Source: Antedon mediterranea (taxonomy: Eukaryota > Animalia > Echinodermata). From it: a stretch of DNA of 64,000 nt. The position numbers and the translations under genes were made by a program. Of the stretch, positions 24,601 to 33,600 are shown one piece after another. The notes under the pieces were generated by a model. It saw only the letters and a list, made by a program, of their open reading frames with translations, was not told where the DNA came from and ran no database searches. How positions within the stretch are numbered: position 1 is the first letter of the stretch; each line of letters opens with the position of its first letter. The stretch is from contig NC_092678.1 in the NCBI RefSeq assembly GCF_964355755.1, forward strand, positions 14,348,371-14,412,370, written 5' to 3'.

Positions 24601-27600
24601 CTCTATTCGGTTGGTTTATTACCAACATCGAACTAGCGTGCGATGTATATTTTTACATGAATTACGTGTACATAATGTAGGTGATGATGAAAACGTACAC
24701 AAAGAACTTCTGGTGAATACTTCCATGGCCAACATTATTAATTAATATCGTTTACAAACGACAACGAGATGGTACAAATATGGCCATCACAAGCTTGGAA
24801 CAAGGAACGTTTTTGTTTAGTAGCGAAATTGTACTTAATAAGACAGATGGAAATGTGCCGGGAACATTATCCCAGCTAGAAATTAGATTTCTGCATCGTT
24901 CTAAACAAAGAAAAGCGCACAAGCTTTTAGTAGAAAAAGAGTACCAGAAGGACGTCTGTATGTTGCACCAAAAGACGTTAAGTAAAAGTTATATTGTAAT
25001 AATATGTTCTGAAGTTTGCAATATTTTTATCAGCTGGCAGCTGCAGCAGCTCTAAAAAAATCCACAGCCAAAACATCTGCCTCATAAGAAGCAATATAAT
25101 AAATTAAACAGATGAAAATAACTTTTAAAAACTATAATGCCATATAATTTTGTTTAGAATTGTAATAAAAAAACATATTTTCATCCATGTTTCGGTATTA
25201 CAATTAATATCAATGCCAAACAATTAGAAAACAGTATTATAATGACACATCACTGTACATTAACAGGATGGTTTCATTGAGCTCGGTGATTCTTTAAATC
25301 CCGTTTACAGTATGTACATCTGTTATGCGCATAATCCTAAATATTAACGTCATATATGGTATCAGTATTGTGAACTTGCAAATCGAGAAGCCCTAATTAT
25401 AATGAAGTTACAAATAAAATAGGCAAATAATAGCTAAATCAAAACGATAAAATAAAGTAAAACAACCAGAAAGAAATTGTGAAGTACAAGTGAGAGTAGT
25501 TGGAGAGAAGTAATATACAGTAAGTTTAAGCATATGTATATATGTATAAAGGTTAACAGAGTAAAAATCAGAAAGTAACAAAAAAAGTAGAAAACGGAAA
25601 TTTAATGTATGAAAATGAAATGTGAACGAAATATGTATGAAATATTGAATGAATAAAGGTGGTGGTTAACCACAAAAGAGAAACAAACCAGTTTAAGCAT
25701 GAGCTACCTGAGTGGATGCAATCGTTGTGCCATAATAGTAAAATATTTATTACCAACGGTTTAACTTGAGCTTTCTTATTTTTCTGTACCATATTTATAA
25801 ACGTTAATTTTAAATCGAAGCATATTAGAACCTGTAATAAGGTAGTAGAGTATACATTTATAACTATCATTGTATAGGTTATTGGTAATTAACAAAATGA
25901 TATAGCCTATTATTCATATTTACTAATTTTAATTCTGTATTATAGGCTTCTAGAATTGGCACTGAATGTGGAATTTCTGAAGAAGCGATCATCCTTGCCA
26001 TAACGTATATGAATGACATTGGAAAGATTATGTATTCCAATAAAGACGAGAAATTAAAGAACACAGTAATAACTAATCTTCACACGATGATTCAGATGTT
26101 AACAACTGTGATCACAGTATTCCCACCAACTATCAAAGATGTATGTTAGAAAATTATATTAATACTAGAAATGCGATCAGATTAATTATGAACACAGGCC
26201 TACAGATATCCTCAAAAAAATATTTTAAGCGGCGGATCCAACCTACTTAAAGATAGAGGGGCAGTTGTTTGATCCACTGGAAAAGAGAGTAATTTTGACA
26301 ATTAATTTGTTATGGTAAAATTTTACAAACTAGATGGCACGCTCGCTTCGCTCGCGTACCATCTAGGTCGTGCCCACAGATGGTTCTCGAATACACAGTA
26401 TTTCCAGCGAGAAAAAAATGGAGATTTCAAATGTACGTACCGCAGGACTATAATACATTGTCGTTTACAGAAACGAATAAATATACACAATGATTTATGT
26501 AGTCAACCAAAATTAGCACCCTGAGAATTACTTCCGAGAGAGAAACAAAATGAGTCAAATTTTTTTATTTGGACTCATTTAAACAAACCCAATTTGTGTT
26601 TTGTATGTAACATTAAGGGTTGAGGGATGGGGGAAGAAGATAGGTACAAAGAGGAAACATTTTAAAATATATTCTTATCCACTCAGTAACGAAATATTGT
26701 TTTTAATGTTTTATAGGCCTATAAATAATATACCACTAAATACAGTAAAACATTTACGATTTAATACGGTACTTTGTTAAAACTCTCACTGTCATAGTCG
26801 ATTGAAATAGTAAAGTACATGTAACGATACACCACTACGACGTTTATATATTTTTAAATTATTAATTAATACAAACGTTGAGAAGCAACTGTCAGTAATA
26901 ACGTTTATTTATTTGTATATTATATATTTATAATCTAACAGTAGGGCCTACCCACACTCACAGTAATAACGTTTATTTGTATATATTTTCATATTACATC
27001 TAACAGTACCAACACTCACAGTAAGAAATTTGCGATTCAAATTGCGATCAAAAGTGGTTAATACCTTAACAGTATTGTACAGCATTGCAATACTATTTAT
27101 GTTTATTCTCCAAGGGGGCCCATAAATCTAAATCTATACCTGTATGGTTAAACCAAATAATTTGGAATGTTCCATTCATCACAAATCAATACATTTGTAA
27201 AAACGTATATTAAATGTATCAAAATAGTATTTTTTAAAGAAAATCGGCCTGTCTTCAACATTATGATGCTGTACTCGAACTGTTCAACCGGTTTTCAGCT
27301 ATTAAAAACAATTATCGTAGGAGGAGATAGGAAAATGCGAAGCCTCCTCGCATTTTTGTGGCGGGTATTTTTCAAGATGGACATCCATTAGACAGTGTAT
27401 ACCACGATCGGAAAACACCCCTATTTGGGGCAAATCGTTGAACCTAAATTCGTTTTAATCGTCAATAACTAATTATCTAACTTAATTTAATTAGTAAACA
27501 GGGTTACATCAGGTGGTTAAAATCAGTACCGAAAGTACGAACCAACTTTATATACCATCGAGTAAAAATTCTAGAAGTAAGGAGCGATTTACCGAATTTT

Positions 27601-30600
27601 GCCCTTACGTAAATTTATATATAGATGAACATTTAGGGTGCGATTCTGTTCTATCATTTGTATCTGAAAAATATGTCGTGAAAGCAGAAAAGTGAAACTA
27701 TCTAAACTACCCTAGATTGGTATTTTGTACAATCCTGGTCTTTCGTTAATAAGTTAATGTAGATGTAATCAGTATTACTGCGATTTTAAGTGAAAATGCT
27801 CTTTAAAATGGTTACTTTTATTTGAGTACAGAGGGAAATGAAAGATCGATGGGAAAGACTTGGAGTTGAAGGTATTCTTGAGGAAAAGTTATTGCGTTAT
27901 TTATGGCAACATCGAGACGAAGGTAATTTTGACATCTTTATAGAAGTGATGAGGGTGTTCCGGTTACTCTTTGAGAAGAAAACGGTATGTACGAAGCTTA
28001 TTTATTACATTGATTAATTGCTTAAATCTTTTAAAAATCTCTGGCTTAACCAATAAACTGAACTATTTTATCCTCGTATCAATATTTCTTAAAAAGCAAA
28101 CACTGTTTATAATAACAGAAAGAAGAAGGTAACCGTGAATTCTTGGTGCCATGTCGGATGACAGTTGATAATGAGACTAGCCTAGAAGTCACAAAAGATG
28201 ACAGGCAAAGGGTATCAATTTATCTTACCCCGACAGACTTTCTTCCCGATGCGGTGTACCACACTTTGGTTGTTGCATTTCTTGAATTGATGACTGAAAC
28301 AGGTAGTGTTGATCAAAAAGTGTTCCGGAATCGTAGTGATTTTGAATTTAAAGATTACACAGTCAGTCTAGGTGCCGTAAAAATAAATCGTAAAAAGGAA
28401 AAGCCATATGCAATAAAGGTATGAAACTATTTTAATGTTTATTACAAGTTCTTTACATTTCCTGATATTACCTCCACCAGGTTTTTAACCCTGTATGTGT
28501 GTGTATGAAAGGCGTAGACACCACAGTTTTATCCGAATATCACCTTTGACACAATGATCTATGACCCAAAAACTCGATTCGGTATTGACGGGGTAGAATC
28601 AGAGACAAAGGTCACAATATATATACCGCCTCAACATTAAGACACACAAATATTTTTAGAAAATTCCAATTTAGGCTTATAATAATGTACAGTAATGAAA
28701 GAAATGTTCAATATAATATCCACATCTAAATTCCAGAAAACAGATTATCAAGCAATGTATACACTTTATTAAAAATAATCATTATTAAAAAAAAGACTAC
28801 TGGAAAGAGGTGGTTTTTTTTTTTCCTAATCTAATTTATTTGAAATTTTCCTATAGCTTGAAATATATCGTCGGACAATCGATCGATATTGCACAGAAAC
28901 TGATGGAACCAAACCAAATGTTGTATCTGAACTACGGCAACTAAAACCCGATGTCTGCTTTGAGGTATTCAATATGATGATATAACACTGTCAAATAAAA
29001 TATACTTTTCACATTATAATGTACCTGTAATATATATTTAAATAAATACAATATGGCACTTCCCTGTTATAGGTACTAAGCTACTTAAAGGACCAACTTG
29101 AAACTGTCTGCAACATATACGAGGGCAGTGGTTACAATCTACGTGTGGTATGTGATGCATGTGATCCAAAGAATCATCACTTAGTTGATCTTGAAAAGTG
29201 TTTGAAGAATGATTCGGTTCCATGTGGACGTCATTCTGCAATGAGTACTGCTCATATCAAACGCCTTTTTTTGAAAGGTAAGTTGTTTCTTCTTCTTCAA
29301 GCTTATCAGTGTTATTTCATCGTATTTAAATGTTCATCAACATTAATAATTATTATAAAAAAACAAACACATTATTCTACGCAACAATACTCTTTTTAAA
29401 TTTGATTCCATACCGTATCCAACCAAGTCCTAACAGAAACGTTAGGAATCATTGCAGATTTACCAGTATTAGCATTGTGTATTCAATTTGTATCTAGTTT
29501 GTGATTTTTAGTCGCGTGGAAGCGACTCTATAGTTCACTATGTCGGTTGGTCGGTATGTTGGTCTGTCGGTCTGTCGGTCTGTCTGTTGGTCCGGTATCA
29601 CTATGCGTTTTATCGCTTTCTGACCTTATCTTGATATCAGTTTAATCTAGCTAGCTAAGTCAATTTGTAACAGTATATTCATTATGGCCAGGAATCGATG
29701 TGGTTATGTTTTCACGGTGCGCAATCAAAAATTACGCGGTCTACACACGATTTAACGAAATCACGTTTGTAATCATATCTTCACAACCATGAATCACAAT
29801 TAAATAAAATTTGGTAGTCATAAACTCCAGGGCATAAATCATCATATGGCAATACAATTACCTGCGTAGCGCATGTAACGCATGCGTACGTGCGCTTACA
29901 ATTTTCAAAATTTATTTTCGATGAAATAAGAGTACGTTTCAGGCAATTTTAAGCGTTTACAAAATTGCCATGAGTGCGCATATTTTTGCGCGCGCACTGC
30001 ACGTTAAATGTTATTGCGCACTCTTTTTGCCCGATTTCTTTTTTCTTGACTTACTTTTCAACTCGAAATTACGTTATACGAGCACGTCAAAAGTGACAGG
30101 CTACGCACGTGTAAATTAAAAAAATATAACTGTTTTAAAACATTTCAACATTTTTAAACATGTTCAGTAATTTTGTTCAGTTGGTAGGTTGGTCGGTCGG
30201 TCGGTAAACACTCAGCACGCGACTGCAGCCATCTATATGGCCTTGTTTTAAATCGTTTAAGTTAATTAATAATACAAACGATATATGATTGTTGTAATTG
30301 GTTTTATGGATATACTGAAAATTGTATAGATATTGTATTAATGTTTCGTTTTATATTCTTGTATTGATAATATTTAAGTGTGTATCAAGTTGTTTTGTTA
30401 TGTAATGCAATTGTTCTTATACTGTATGCATTCAATAATCCACTAACATTAAACACTTTTTTTTAAGAATCGGAGACAGAAGCAGACCGGGCAAAGCAGC
30501 TTGTTCCCGAGACAAAGCCAAAGTCAACGCTAAGCTTGGTACCTAGGAAAAATGAAGAGCTTGAGCCAGTGCTAGAGGTAGTACAAGTACGTGTGTCATC

Positions 30601-33600
30601 ACCAGGACATCAAGGTAACTATAATAGTAATTGTTATGACTAGCAGAAAGTATACATACACTTTTGAAAGCACACCTTATTGGTGTAATATAGGCCTAAT
30701 GTGTGAGGATTCTAATCGCTTGGTTGATTGAAATATCACAGTTGTCTATTAATACGATATGGCTGTAGATGTGCTTCTGAGGAAGTGTCGTGTCTGAGCT
30801 CTTCTGAAACTTGGGCCATATCGGCTTCTGTTCATTAGCATTACTTAATCTCTGCGCTTAACTATTGGTTCTAAGTTTATCCAGGTACTTTTGGAGGGAG
30901 TGATCGATGGTATCTGGGGGTTACAATGACGAATTTGCCCTGTAAAATGCTTAAAAAGAGACGATCTCTATTAGTTTTACAATAGCAAAGTTCATAGGTC
31001 AGATAAACTTGTTTCTTTGGGGAACTAATTAAGCCTACAATTATCATTAAAATATCTGGTCAATTTCTTCACTGGACGAGAAAACATAATTTCTATGTTT
31101 TTTTCTTAAAACAAATGACAATAAATGATACTTGACTTGACACTGCCAGCAGGCAAAGAGGGGAGATTTTAAAACTTAAAATGATATACTGTTCACAACT
31201 TTACAATCTCAAACTATTGGCACTGGCTAAGAGATGGAAGAAAGCCCAAACAGACAAACCAAAGCATGAAGAAGAAGATGAAGACGACCAATGAATCATC
31301 AAACATATCATAATGTTCACAAATAAATGCGAATTAATATACACCAAAATAAAATACTTTGTTTATGAATCAGAGTCAGAAGCTATCGAGGCGAATCAGC
31401 TAGTGCCAGTTACAGAGACAAAGGCAGAATCAGAGCCAGGCTCAGTACCTCGGACATACATTAATGTAGCCATTTTGTTTTATTTGGAGTACTATGTACC
31501 ATTATAATGATGAAAGCAGAAATATTTGTAAATGGATGTTTATGATTTTGTTATGGCAGTAAGCCAAACTATATTTCTTTTGATAACTGAGATAACAATT
31601 CAAATTGAATTTCTGATAATAAGAAGGTACAATTATTACATATAAAACTTTGTTTTTGCAGAAAACCAAAAAGTAAATAAAATGACAGACTTGAATGAGC
31701 ATTTCAAAGACTTAAAAGCTAATCTTAGTAAACATTATGCTGGTGATCACTATCGTTTGGTAAAACTATGCTTATACGATCACTTGCCCTTGGGAGACTT
31801 TGAAGGGCGTGGCTTAACAGCACACAATTTGTTTAATAAACTCCAGGCAAAAGGTTATATCGAACCTTCTAATGTCAAGTTACTCATGGAGATCGCAAAA
31901 CTGACAGAATTTAAGGTTGCTGAAATTCTTGTACTCGAGTATGTTAAGGATAACAATATTAAACAAACTCAAATTAATATAAAACCAATGTCGCCATATC
32001 GAAAACGGTTGTTTGATGCATTACAACAAGTTGAAGGAGACAGTTTATCAAATGTTATTGCTTACTACAACCTTGAACATTTTGGATTAAAAAATATCTG
32101 GGATGTAGTTTTCAAATTAGAGAGTAACGAAGAATTGAAAGATGAACCAGGCAAAATAGAGAAATTTGCAAGTCTTCTTAATGAACGTGCTAAGAAGCTA
32201 CTACTTGATAGAGGTAATATAATTAATATATTCGTTCACTTACAAGTACCAATCATTTTCAATAATTGGGATAAACATTATGCTAAAATGTGTATTCTAG
32301 TACAATTTCAACAAGTTTTTTTACCAGCGAAGCTCGTTTGATAAGGCGCTGACATTAGTATTATTTAGTCAAGTTAGGATACCTAAAATTGTGGTTTCAG
32401 ATCATTATGATAATCATAATGTAACACAAAGAATCTGGAATTTATAATTTGTTTGGAAATATGAGGCATCCAGTTCAAATCAAAGTATATCATATTTATT
32501 ATGGTTTTGGTTATGGATTAAGTGAATATTAATTAAAAGTTTCAACTATCTTAGCCTAATTATTCACTGTCACACAGAACAAGAACAATTGTGATACGTA
32601 TGTTGTTTACAACATTGCGTACAAATAATGAACACAATTTGATCACTTTTAGGAAATTGCGACGAAAGCGAAGGCGCACCACTGAGTCGCCCAAGTGAAG
32701 GTAAATAACCAATAGATAAAGATAATAATGATATTAGGTATTGTCATGATGTGTTTAAATATATTTTGTTATTTTGACACAGTCTATTTTAAGTCAATAC
32801 TAACTAAATACATAATCTATGAATATTCTTCTCTCTTTTAAGAAACTATTCAATAATGTTTGATAAAAAAAAAAGTTGTCTTAAATTAAAACATTTAAGG
32901 ATTTTGGTTCTTAATTAGAAAATAGGTAAAAAGTTGACTTCATACTGTGACCAGACGACGGAGGGTTTTAAAACCTAAAATGACATACTTTTTTAAAACG
33001 TTACAATGTCAGCAATGTATCGTAATGTTAACAAATGCGAATTAATAAACATCAAATAAAATATTGTTTTAAGAATCAGAGTCAGGAGCTAACCAGACGA
33101 ATCAGCTATTGCCGGTTACAGAGACAAAGCCAAAGTCAAAGCCAGACTCAGTACCTCGGGCAAATGAAGACCATGAGCCAATGCCAGGGGTAGCACCAGT
33201 ACATGTGCCATCTACAGGACATCAATGTAACTATAATAGTATTATTTATGACTAATAATAATAGTAATATGTATGACTAGCAGAAGTTTTAAATATTCTT
33301 TTGATAACACACCTTTATAGTTTGTAAACCAATATGTTATTTATTTCTATTTCTTTCTGTTTTGTTGCATTTTGTTAACAATCACATTTTTTTTCACTTT
33401 AGTGTTTTACATTTTTAATTAAAGATTGTTTGTTTAAATTTATAAAATAACATAATCTTTTATTTTCCACAATTCAATAACTAAGATAACAATACTTCCC
33501 AAAGCATAGTAACTCTAATTGGCTTTGTCTGCTAGTAATTACAACAGACCTACAATCTAGATGTTTTTAATGACCATATGTTTTATAATATCATTTTATA

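Noticed and set aside
24205-25293. TTAA-flanked Kolobok-like element
   Set aside because: Only a short imperfect terminal match (aggtcaccga versus tcggtgattct); too weak to call.
15102-29277. Naming the gene LRRK2, DAPK1 or MFHAS1
   Set aside because: No kinase, LRR or WD40 exons were found. The architecture differs, so no symbol is assigned.
30775-30812. Hammerhead ribozyme core (ctgagga...gaaac) in a possible Penelope-like remnant
   Set aside because: Stem II is only about 2 bp and I could not identify stems I/III or a cleavage triplet. An Infernal search would be needed.
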